From Minisyncoccota bacterium (GTDB lineage Bacteria > Patescibacteriota > Minisyncoccia > Phycocordibacterales > GWA1-40-21): 64,000 nucleotides of DNA. Positions 43,282 through 51,009 of this stretch are shown one piece after another; positions within the stretch are counted from its first letter, which is position 1; each line of letters opens with the position of its first letter. The stretch lies in NCBI GenBank assembly GCA_041656855.1, contig JBBACS010000003.1:4902-68901 (forward strand), given 5' to 3'. Under the pieces are notes generated by a model. That model saw only the letters and a program-made list of their open reading frames with translations, was not told where the DNA came from and searched no databases. Made by a program: the position numbers and the translations under genes.

Positions 43282-43958
43282 TATAATAATCTGATTATTT
43301 TTGCAACATCTCTTGATTTCTTAATTTCAATTTCATCTCCGTCATTTAGCGGAATCTCAACTTCATCATTGTCAGCATAAGCTACCGCAGGTCCACGAAC
43401 TATTTTTATTTTAATCTCTGAATCTTCTTTCAAGACCATATGATCAAATTGTTCAGTACTGTTATTGAAAGCTAAACCTATTCCAACTTCAAATATACCA
43501 TCTGTAATTGAACGATAATACCCTGTTGAGCCGTAAGGGGTAGAAATAACCACTCCATCTCCTATTATCTCGCTATCAATCTTTTTATCGTTCACATATA
43601 CCTCGTAACGTATAGCGCGTCTTGGATCAGAATTATGAACGATAATTTCATTCAGACCAACGATTCTTTTACCTTTATAAACAGACTCAATTTTAATTTC
43701 CTCTTCAATTCTATATTCCCCAGAAAAAACTTTTCTTAAAGTTTCTTCTACTGAAAAATCGTGTCCTTTTTTAGAAGTTTTAGTTTTTTTAAGAATAAAT
43801 TTTGGAATTCCTGGAAAATTTTTTTCGGATTTCATAAATGTCCCATCTCCACCAACGCTCGCAAGTATGTCTGGTAATTTTTCTACAATATCAAAACCGG
43901 CTTTTTCAGCTAATTTAATTATATCCTCTGTTTTATGACCGTAGATAAGAAGTTTCAT
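43281..43958 (-). CDS. nadK: NAD+ kinase
   Basis: ILASVGGDGTFM, NEIIVHN and DGVVISTPYGSTGYYRS. Its stop overlaps the next ATG (TAATG). Confidence 0.85.
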   Translation of the reverse strand: MKLLIYGHKTEDIIKLAEKAGFDIVEKLPDILASVGGDGTFMKSEKNFPGIPKFILKKTKTSKKGHDFSVEETLRKVFSGEYRIEEEIKIESVYKGKRIVGLNEIIVHNSDPRRAIRYEVYVNDKKIDSEIIGDGVVISTPYGSTGYYRSITDGIFEVGIGLAFNNSTEQFDHMVLKEDSEIKIKIVRGPAVAYADNDEVEIPLNDGDEIEIKKSRDVAKIIRLL

Positions 43959-44045
43959 AATTTTATAATAGTTTATTTATAACCAAGTAGCAACTGATTT
44001 TTCTCGCTTATTTTATTTTTTTGTGATAATATCTTTTTGTTATAA

Positions 44046-44116
44046 CGGAGTGTAGTGTAACGGTAGCATTCGTGCTTTGGGAGCATGCGATCCGGGTTCG
44101 AATCCCGGCACTCCGA
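44046..44116 (+). tRNA. tRNA-Pro (UGG)
   Basis: cggagtg acceptor, anticodon arm cgtgc-ttTGGga-gcatg, T-arm ccggg-ttcgaat-cccgg. Confidence 0.9.
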
Positions 44117-44157
44117 CAAAAGAAAATAAGTGGCTTAGGCTGCTTATTTTCTTTTGT

Positions 44158-44290
44158 CGGAGTGAGTAAGCAAACCACTTTGCTTACGTTCGGGATTCGA
44201 AAAGGTTCTCCCATATTTTTGAGCAATTAATATTGCGAGAAAATGGGAAACCTGTACTGCTCCTGTAAGGAGAGAAATTCCCGGCACTCG
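44158..44290 (+). ncRNA. tRNA-cognate minihelix-mimic element, Pro-type (type I)
   Basis: cggagtg, hairpin gtaagcaaa-ccac-tttgcttac, ttcgggattcgaa, aggttctcccat..atgggaaacct helix, ttttt-GA-gcaat..attgc-GA-gaaaa, gtactg-ctccTGTAAggag-agaaa, then ttcccggcactc. ORF 44008..44226 is spurious. Confidence 0.7.
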
Positions 44291-44295
44291 TTCGT

Positions 44296-44329
44296 TTCCA
44301 TAATTTGGGGTGGGACCCAAATTATGGAA
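44296..44329. terminator. bidirectional hairpin terminator (mimic element / cca)
   Basis: ttccataatttggg-gtggga-cccaaattatggaa. Confidence 0.7.
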
Positions 44330-44341
44330 TCTTTCTCTCTA

Positions 44342-45874
44342 TTAAACCTTATGACTCTTTCTAATCTCCTTTAATTCTTCCTCATTTTCTTCCTCTTTCC
44401 TTTCTTTTCCTTCCTCCCCCATTTCTCTCAATTTTTTTTCTGGAAGCTTTATAAGTTCAATAGCTTTTTTATTTAAATATTCTTCTGTATTTCTTTTTGG
44501 ATCATCCAGAACTTCTTCAAGAAGTGCATGTAAAACGAAACCAATTTTGGGTCCAGGAATTTCGCCTGTTACATCCATAATTTTTTTACCATCAATGTTA
44601 AGCATTCCAACAGAAATCGGGTCTCTCATAGCTTCATCAAGCATTGCATGATACTTTCTCAGTCTATATGGATCTTCTTTTGGCCTGCCCATTCCTATTC
44701 TATCGCAAGCTCGCAAATCCATAAGATCCCAGACATTATCTTTTCCAACTCTAGCTACAATTCTTCTAACAGCTGATAAACTGATGAGTTCTGTATCAGC
44801 AAAAAACATATGTACTCTAACGAATTTAGTAACTTTTTCTATAACTTTTGCAGGAAATCTCAAATCTTGTAAAATCTTTTCTGTCATTCTCGCACCAATT
44901 ACTTCATGCCCATAAAAAGTTGGCTTTTTCTCCCCCTCTCTTTTAGATTTAGGCTTCCCTATATCATGCAATAGGGCCGCAAGTCGAACTTCTAATGAAA
45001 GTTTTTTATCAGCAGCGTGTTGCAAAGATTTCAGTGAATGTTCCCATACATCATGTATATGTGCACCGCCTTGTTCTATTCCGATAGTTTTTTCTAATTC
45101 CGGAATAATATATTTTAATAAGCCGAATTTCAGACAAGATTTTAGCCCATGTGCCGGCTCACTAGACATAATTATTTTTGTAAATTCATCACGAATTCTT
45201 TCTTTTGCAATGTTTGAAAGTAAATTTGATTCTTCTGCTAATGCTTTTTCAGTTGCGCTATCAATTTCAAAACCGACATAGTTTCCTATTCTTACAGCAC
45301 GCAATATTCTAAGTCCATCTTCTTGAAATCTTTCATGCGGATTTCCTACAGTTTTTAGAACTTTATTTTTTAAATCTTCCTGACCGGAAAATAGGTCAAC
45401 GATTTGTCCTTTATAAAAATCTTTCTTACTTACCACTAGGTCAGCAGACTTTTCGTGACTTCCCTCATCTTCAATACTCAAAGCAATAGCATTTATCGTG
45501 AAATCTCTCCTCTTTAAATCATCTTCAAGCTTATTACTGAAAGTAACCTTGTCTGGCCTTCTATTGTCAGAATATTCAGATTCAAGCCTATATGGGGTCA
45601 CCTCAATCACTTTGAGTGTTTCATCGGAAACCGTTTCGTTTACTACACCTACAGTTCCATAATTGTTTTCATAAAAAGTATCAGGAAATATCTTTATAAT
45701 TTCTTCTGGTTTAGCATTTGTCGTAAGATCCCAATCTTTAGGTTTCACACCAATCAAAATATCACGAACACAACCCCCTATTAAATAGGCCTCAAATCCA
45801 ACACCTTTAAGTTTTTGTGAAACTTCTAGGACTTCCTTTGGAATTGGACCGTATTCTGTGATAGTTTTTTTCAT
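44342..45874 (-). CDS. cca: CCA tRNA nucleotidyltransferase with HD domain
   Basis: YLIGGCVRDILIG, DWDLTT, RRDFTINA, LRILRAVR and LLHDIGKP. Confidence 0.9.
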   Translation of the reverse strand: MKKTITEYGPIPKEVLEVSQKLKGVGFEAYLIGGCVRDILIGVKPKDWDLTTNAKPEEIIKIFPDTFYENNYGTVGVVNETVSDETLKVIEVTPYRLESEYSDNRRPDKVTFSNKLEDDLKRRDFTINAIALSIEDEGSHEKSADLVVSKKDFYKGQIVDLFSGQEDLKNKVLKTVGNPHERFQEDGLRILRAVRIGNYVGFEIDSATEKALAEESNLLSNIAKERIRDEFTKIIMSSEPAHGLKSCLKFGLLKYIIPELEKTIGIEQGGAHIHDVWEHSLKSLQHAADKKLSLEVRLAALLHDIGKPKSKREGEKKPTFYGHEVIGARMTEKILQDLRFPAKVIEKVTKFVRVHMFFADTELISLSAVRRIVARVGKDNVWDLMDLRACDRIGMGRPKEDPYRLRKYHAMLDEAMRDPISVGMLNIDGKKIMDVTGEIPGPKIGFVLHALLEEVLDDPKRNTEEYLNKKAIELIKLPEKKLREMGEEGKERKEEENEEELKEIRKSHKV

Positions 45875-45939
45875 TGAAACAATTTTATTATATTTTTTGA
45901 TTTTTAGCTAGTTTAAAGGTATTATTCAAAAGTACAAAT

Positions 45940-46011
45940 GTGCCTGTGGTGAAATGGATATCACAACAGTCTTCGGAACTGTTGTTGCGGGTTCGATTCC
46001 TGCCAGGCACA
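45940..46011 (+). tRNA. tRNA-Arg (UCG)
   Basis: gtgcctg acceptor, D-arm gtga-aatggata-tcac, anticodon arm acagt-ctTCGga-actgt, T-arm gcggg-ttcgatt-cctgc. No mimic element follows it. Confidence 0.85.
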
Positions 46012-46052
46012 CATTGGAAGCAATTAAAAATATGGCTTAATTTTAGTTTTTC

Positions 46053-46081
46053 TTGACTTTTTATATATAATATGATAATAT
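46053..46081 (+). promoter_or_regulatory. candidate sigma70-type promoter for 46128..46400
   Basis: TTGACT, 17 nt, TAATAT. The AAAATATGGCTTAA motif lies just upstream (46027-46040). Confidence 0.4.
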
Positions 46082-46127
46082 ATTTACAGGTTAAACGCAG
46101 TAAAATATCATATTGGAGGGATAAAAA

Positions 46128-46400
46128 ATGGGTTTTCTTATTTCAGTCGCTATCCTTATTGTGAGTTCTCTGATTAGCGGTTTTGCTTTGAAATTGCTTT
46201 GGGGCTGGTTTTTAGTCCCCAATCTCGGACTTCCAGTAATTTCACTCGTACAATCCACAGGAATTGTTCTTATTGTTGAGCTCTTAACTCACAATTACAT
46301 TCCTATGGGAAAAGAGGAGAGGTTGCGGGGAATCATCCACAAAATTGCCGATCCTATAATTATAGTGGCAATTGCATGGGTTCTTCAATTTTTGATGTAA
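46128..46400 (+). CDS. small membrane protein (orphan, strong SD)
   Basis: 90 aa with three TM helices. SD attGGAGGgataaaaaATG, a 15-nt context identical to the gene at 29603. Terminator at 46421-46456. Confidence 0.6.
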   Translation: MGFLISVAILIVSSLISGFALKLLWGWFLVPNLGLPVISLVQSTGIVLIVELLTHNYIPMGKEERLRGIIHKIADPIIIVAIAWVLQFLM

Positions 46401-46510
46401 ACCGTTTTCCAATCATTACAGTCCCGTACAGAATTAAATTCTGTACGGGGCTTTTACTTTATAAAATATTTTCTTTTTTCAATTTTTGTGTATAATACTT
46501 TTAGTTATTT

Positions 46511-46581
46511 GCGAGCGTGGTTTAATGGTAGAACTAGTCCTTGCCAAGGATTGGGTCCGGGTTCGATTCCCGGCGCTCGCA
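46511..46581 (+). tRNA. tRNA-Gly (GCC)
   Basis: gcgagcg acceptor, anticodon arm agtcc-ttGCCaa-ggatt, T-arm ccggg-ttcgatt-cccgg. Confidence 0.9.
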
Positions 46582-46622
46582 CAAATGAAAAATACTCAGG
46601 ATTCTGAGTATTTTTCATTTGT

Positions 46623-46841
46623 GCGAGCGAGTAAGCAAATCTACTTTGCTTACGTCCGGGAATCGAAAACCTTGAGTATATTTTTGAACTTTTACTAAAG
46701 TGAAAAAATACGAAAGGTGTACCGTCCATGTAATGGAAGATAAGCGAAGCGGTCCCGGCGCATTTACCGTAGTAGATTATATTCGGGATAGGGCCTGAAT
46801 ATAATTTTGTAGAAAGTGTACTCACGGTTCCCGTCGCTAGC
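46623..46841 (+). ncRNA. tRNA-cognate minihelix-mimic element, Gly(GCC)-type (type I, with a second partial 3' module)
   Basis: gcgagcg, hairpin gtaagcaaa-tctac-tttgcttac, tccgggaatcgaa, acctt-GA-gta..tac-GA-aaggt, gtaccg-tccaTGTAAtgga, then ggtcccggcgc. A second gtgtactcacggttcccgtcgc module follows. ORFs 46486..46698 and 46505..46843 are spurious. Confidence 0.7.
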
Positions 46842-47186
46842 ATTTTTTAAAACCGTTTCCATAGGTTTTAAAAAATTTTTGAAATATTTTTTCAAAGACA
46901 CTCCCCTTTTTATTATCAGACACACAACAACATAATTTAGTAAAAAAGGAATAATATCTCAAAAACTAGGCCTTTAAATAAGCTCTTTTTTAGGCAAAAC
47001 TGTGGATAACTATGTTCATATGTTAATTAAAGACAGCTTTTTAAGGTCTGATAGAATTACGACTTTTATAGTCCTATATGCAATAAATGGCTATAAATAT
47101 AGCTAATTATAGAAATACGTCCTTAAAACCCTAAATGTCTAATATAAAGTGTTTCTTAGTAACACTTTATATCAGTTTCATGCCTG

Positions 47187-47298
47187 CCCCGTGTGAAATC
47201 CAACACATGACTTTTATATAACTTGGAAAAAATATGTTACACATGAAATCAAATACTAAAATATGGCTTAAATGTTAGGATTTCTTTACGGGGTGAAA
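47187..47298 (+). repeat. 112-nt direct repeat, copy 1 (upstream of yraN)
   Basis: ccccgtgtgaaatcca...gttacacatgaaatcaaatactaaaatatggcttaa...gatttctttacggggtgaaa. Confidence 0.75.
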
Positions 47299-47365
47299 AG
47301 TACAAATTCATGACTTATAAAGATTACACATGAAACACAAAACTATGATAATATGTTAGAAATAC

Positions 47366-47776
47366 ATGAAAAATATAACAGAAAAGCGAAAAACTGGTAA
47401 TCTAGGAGAAGATATTGCATGCAGGTTTCTCATGAAACAAGGCTTTAATGTTATAGAGAGAAACTATTTAAAGAAGTGCGGGGAAATAGATATAGTAGCT
47501 AAAAATAAGAACAAACTACATTTCATTGAGGTGAAATCTGTTTCATACGAAACAGTATCAAGTGTTTCGGGTGAAACATCTAAAGATGGGGAATTCAGAC
47601 CGGAAGACAATGTCCATCCATGGAAGCTACAACGCCTAGCAAAGACAGTACAAATTTATCTAACAGAGAAAGATGTTCCACATGAAACAAATTGGCAGTT
47701 TGACGTAATTACAGTATACATTGATAAAAAACGACTCGTTTCAAAGGTTTCTATACTAGAAAATGTAGTTTTGTAG
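47366..47776 (+). CDS. yraN: YraN-family (UPF0102) endonuclease-like protein
   Basis: GNLGEDIACRFLMKQGFNVIERNYLKKCGEIDIVAKNKNKLHFIEVKS, with an extra segment (VSYETVSSVSGETSKDGEFRPED) before the C-terminal helix. Confidence 0.8.
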   Translation: MKNITEKRKTGNLGEDIACRFLMKQGFNVIERNYLKKCGEIDIVAKNKNKLHFIEVKSVSYETVSSVSGETSKDGEFRPEDNVHPWKLQRLAKTVQIYLTEKDVPHETNWQFDVITVYIDKKRLVSKVSILENVVL

Positions 47777-47800
47777 CCATATTTTTATGTTTCACATTTA

Positions 47801-47907
47801 CCCCGTGTGAAATCCAGTTTAAGCTATACAAGCACTAATATATTGTGTTACACATGAAACCAGATGCTAAAATATGGCTAACAATAAGATTTCTTTACGG
47901 GGCGAAA
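47801..47907 (+). repeat. 107-nt direct repeat, copy 2 (downstream of yraN)
   Basis: ccccgtgtgaaatcca...gttacacatgaaaccagatgctaaaatatggctaa...gatttctttacggggcgaaa. Confidence 0.75.
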
Positions 47908-47920
47908 CATCTAGATTTTC

Positions 47921-47990
47921 AATATCCCACAAGGGGATACAGAAAAAATATAGTCGCTTTGCTCCTTATTTTTCAATAATAAAACCGCTC
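47921..47990 (+). repeat. 67-nt repeat (copy 2) with palindrome TATCCCACAAGGGGATA
   Basis: Matches 27997-28063. Confidence 0.7.
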
Positions 47991-48392
47991 CAAAACATTC
48001 TGAGCGAATAGTTTGGAACGGTTGCGAAAGAGATAATCTCGTAGTCCATTATTATCCCTATTTTACCTTTTTATCTTAAAATATAAAAATGTGATAATTT
48101 TGGGAAAGAAAGTAATAATGAATAACCAAATTAACCTTTCATTGTGAAGATTAGCTAGATCTTCTTAAAGAACAAATATATTGAAGTGTAAGGAGGATAA
48201 ATAAAGCGAGTTGCATCACTATATTTATCTAACACAACAAAATATAACCTAACAATATTATATGTCCTATAGAAATTATGTAAAGGACATCAACTGTTGA
48301 TAACTTGACAATGATATTTAATTCTAAAAGACATTAAAAATATGGCTAATAATAAAGATAGAATGGATATTTGACTAAGATTGAATTGGTGA

Positions 48393-49157
48393 TTATTTCA
48401 ATTCAAGCAAAATAGGGCAGTGGTCACTTCCAAAAATATTATCCAAAATTTCTGCCTTTTTAATTTTTTCTTTCAAATTTTCTGAAACAAAAAAGTAATC
48501 AATTCTCCAGCCAATATTTCTATCTCTTGCAAAAGTTTTCATGTCCCACCAACTGTATTGTATTTTTCCAGGATGCAAACTGCGAAATGTATCAATATAT
48601 CCATGAGAAATTACTTTATCTATCCATCCTCTTTCTATGGACAAGAAACCCGTATTTTTTTCATTTTCTTTTGGCCGAGAAAGGTCGATCTCCATATGAG
48701 CAGTGTTTACATCACCGCAAAAAACAACATCTTTGCCATTCTTTTTTAATTTATCAACAAATTTTAAAAATTCATCGTAATATTCCATCTTAAAATCAAG
48801 TCTTTCTTGTCCGCCACCGCCATTTGGAAAATAAACATTCAAAAGCACGAAGTCCTTATAATAAGCCACCAAAGTGCGTCCTTCATTATCAAATTTTAGT
48901 ATCCCAATGCCATATTCTACCTTTTCAGGCTTAACTTTTGAGAAAATAGCCACTCCGCTATAACCTTTCTTAAGTTTTGAGTGATCAAAATAAGAATGAT
49001 AACCGAGAGGGGAGCGGACTTCTTCAGGAAGTTGTTCAGGGTGAGCTTTTGTTTCTTGCAAACAAATAATATCAGGGTCAGCTTCAAAAATAGTACCAAA
49101 AGCACCTTTTTTATGAATAGCCCTTAATCCATTTACGTTCCAAGACAATATCCTCAT
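48393..49157 (-). CDS. xth: exodeoxyribonuclease III (AP endonuclease)
   Basis: MRILSWNVNGLRA, DIICLQETK, NVYFPNGG, GDVNTAH, WWDMK and GSDHCPI. Confidence 0.95.
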   Translation of the reverse strand: MRILSWNVNGLRAIHKKGAFGTIFEADPDIICLQETKAHPEQLPEEVRSPLGYHSYFDHSKLKKGYSGVAIFSKVKPEKVEYGIGILKFDNEGRTLVAYYKDFVLLNVYFPNGGGGQERLDFKMEYYDEFLKFVDKLKKNGKDVVFCGDVNTAHMEIDLSRPKENEKNTGFLSIERGWIDKVISHGYIDTFRSLHPGKIQYSWWDMKTFARDRNIGWRIDYFFVSENLKEKIKKAEILDNIFGSDHCPILLELK

Positions 49158-49309
49158 ATACGCAATTATATCATAATAGGGAATATGTTATAATATGTGT
49201 ATACTTGTCCCGTGCAAAATTCAATCTACACAAAAAACACACTATAAACGGGGAAGTATATTAAAAGTTTAGATAGTCGATTTTATCAATAATTAAATTT
49301 TTTTACGGG

Positions 49310-49660
49310 ATGAAAAAATTAATAACAATTTTGTCAGCATTTTTATTACCAGCTGTGTCTTTGGCACAAAATTATAGTTTTAGAATGATGAATGATGGAT
49401 TCAGTTCTGGCAATTCAATATTAAGTATATTTTTAATATTGTTAATTCCTTTGATATGGATTTGTTTTGTTGTTTTTGTTTTTGCATTTTGGATAGTAAT
49501 GCTTATAGATGCCATTAAAAATTCTCCGGAAAAAGAGAAGATTGTTTGGGTTCTTGTAATTATTTTTACACATATTATAGGTGCACTTGTGTATTATTTT
49601 GTAGAAAAAAGACCTAAAACAAAGGTCCATCATGCTGAACATAAGGAAGAAAATAAATAG
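49310..49660 (+). CDS. PLD-nuclease N-terminal (PLDc_N) domain membrane protein
   Basis: Signal-like N-terminus, then FWIVMLIDAIKNSPEKEKIVWVLVIIFTHIIGALVYYFVEKRP. Confidence 0.7.
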   Translation: MKKLITILSAFLLPAVSLAQNYSFRMMNDGFSSGNSILSIFLILLIPLIWICFVVFVFAFWIVMLIDAIKNSPEKEKIVWVLVIIFTHIIGALVYYFVEKRPKTKVHHAEHKEENK

Positions 49661-49682
49661 TTAGAAATCAACAACTAATTTT

Positions 49683-49874
49683 ATGGTTGCAAGAACTTGG
49701 AACTATATAAAAAGAAATCATTTAGAAATTTCGCTTTCGCTGTTGTGTTTATTTCTATTATTATGGAATCTGGATAGATATTTTCATATCTGTCCATACG
49801 GAGTAATACCAGGAATAATTGCAGTAATTTTTGAAATATATATTCACATAGAACATAAATTAAAGCATAAATAA
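49683..49874 (+). CDS. possible small membrane protein
   Basis: 63-aa ORF, 23 nt after the previous gene and followed by hairpin 49877-49904. An overlapping minus-strand ORF (49681..49890) is an equally weak alternative. Confidence 0.3.
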   Translation: MVARTWNYIKRNHLEISLSLLCLFLLLWNLDRYFHICPYGVIPGIIAVIFEIYIHIEHKLKHK

Positions 49875-49902
49875 TTAAAAATGGAGTCATCTGACTCCAT
49901 TT

Positions 49903-50856
49903 TTAGTTCTTGTTTTTGTTATGAAAATTCTTGTGGATATCTCGTAAATGTTTATCCGTAACATGAGTATATATCTGGGTTGTAGCTATACTTGAATGGC
50001 CTAACATGGCTTGAACACTACGTATATCAGCACCATTTGAAAGCAAATCCGTTGCAAAACAGTGACGAATAACGTGTGGTGTAACTTTTTTGGAAATTCC
50101 TGACATTATTGCATATCTTTTTACTATTCTTTCTATTGACCTGCGAGTGAGTCCTTCATCTTTTGTTTTGTCTTCTTTACCTTTAAGTAAACTTTTTGGA
50201 ATACCCTCATCACTAACTTTTACAAAAAGTGCATCCGACATATCTTTTCTTAAAGCCAAATATGTTTTTATTGCATCCTTAGCTTCCTGCGAAAGAAAAA
50301 CCACGCGAACTTTTCCCCCTTTTCCTCGAATGGAAAATTCATCTTGTTTGATATCCAAATCATTTGTTAGAGAGCAAAGTTCAGAAACACGAAGACCGGT
50401 AGAAAACAAGAGTTCCAAAATAGCGTGTCCACGAGCCACTTTTTCAGGATTTTCCTCCAGATCTGGGGCTTTTAAAAGCCTGTTCAATTCATCTTGTGAA
50501 ATGACATCAATTGATCTTTCACCAACTTTTGCAAGTTCTATTTCATCTGCATGCAGGGAAGTAATGCCACGCTTTGTAAGAAATTTTAAAAAACTTCGCA
50601 GTGCAATCAAATAATAATTTTGTGTTTTCTTTTTCATCGTGTCTTGAGTCGCACGATTATTGCCAGCGACTTGACGATTGAGCCAAATGCGAAAATCCCT
50701 GACTTTTTCATAAGTAATATCTTTTGGGTCAGTAATTTTTGTTTGCTCCAAAAAAACAGTTAAATAGTGATTATAGTTTTCTACAGTACGAAGAGCACGA
50801 CCTCTTTCTATTTCCATATATTCAAGAAATTGTCTTTTTAGATCTTGCAAATTCAT
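49903..50856 (-). CDS. xerC: tyrosine recombinase XerC/XerD family
   Basis: ERGRALRTVENY, GLRVSELCSL, VTPHVIRHCFATDLLSNGADIRSVQAMLGHSSIATTQIYTHV (R..HxxR..Y). Confidence 0.9.
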   Translation of the reverse strand: MNLQDLKRQFLEYMEIERGRALRTVENYNHYLTVFLEQTKITDPKDITYEKVRDFRIWLNRQVAGNNRATQDTMKKKTQNYYLIALRSFLKFLTKRGITSLHADEIELAKVGERSIDVISQDELNRLLKAPDLEENPEKVARGHAILELLFSTGLRVSELCSLTNDLDIKQDEFSIRGKGGKVRVVFLSQEAKDAIKTYLALRKDMSDALFVKVSDEGIPKSLLKGKEDKTKDEGLTRRSIERIVKRYAIMSGISKKVTPHVIRHCFATDLLSNGADIRSVQAMLGHSSIATTQIYTHVTDKHLRDIHKNFHNKNKN

Positions 50857-51009
50857 ATCTATATTTTAGCATGTCGCCAAATATTTTGCTAAAATAAGCT
50901 ATTTTAAGCCATATTTAACAATATAAAGGTAATTGACATATGGTTAATATAATGCTATAATTGAAAGAGATAAACAAATCGCCTATATTTATAGGCACAA
51001 GGAGGAAAT

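Noticed and set aside
47001-47009. Perfect DnaA box TGTGGATAA (plus an 8/9 match at 48295-48303) in the gene-poor stretch, considered as oriC
   Set aside because: There is only one perfect box, with no cluster. No dnaA/dnaN is nearby and I cannot compute GC skew. This is insufficient to call an origin, so it is kept only as a note inside the low-coding-density finding.
46511-50856. tRNA-Gly ... XerC-family recombinase interval as an integrated prophage or genomic island
   Set aside because: The recombinase has the full housekeeping XerC/D-like layout. The interval carries xth and yraN, which are core-type genes. There are no phage structural or replication genes, and I found no direct repeat of the tRNA-Gly 3' end near the recombinase. 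This remains possible but is unsupported.
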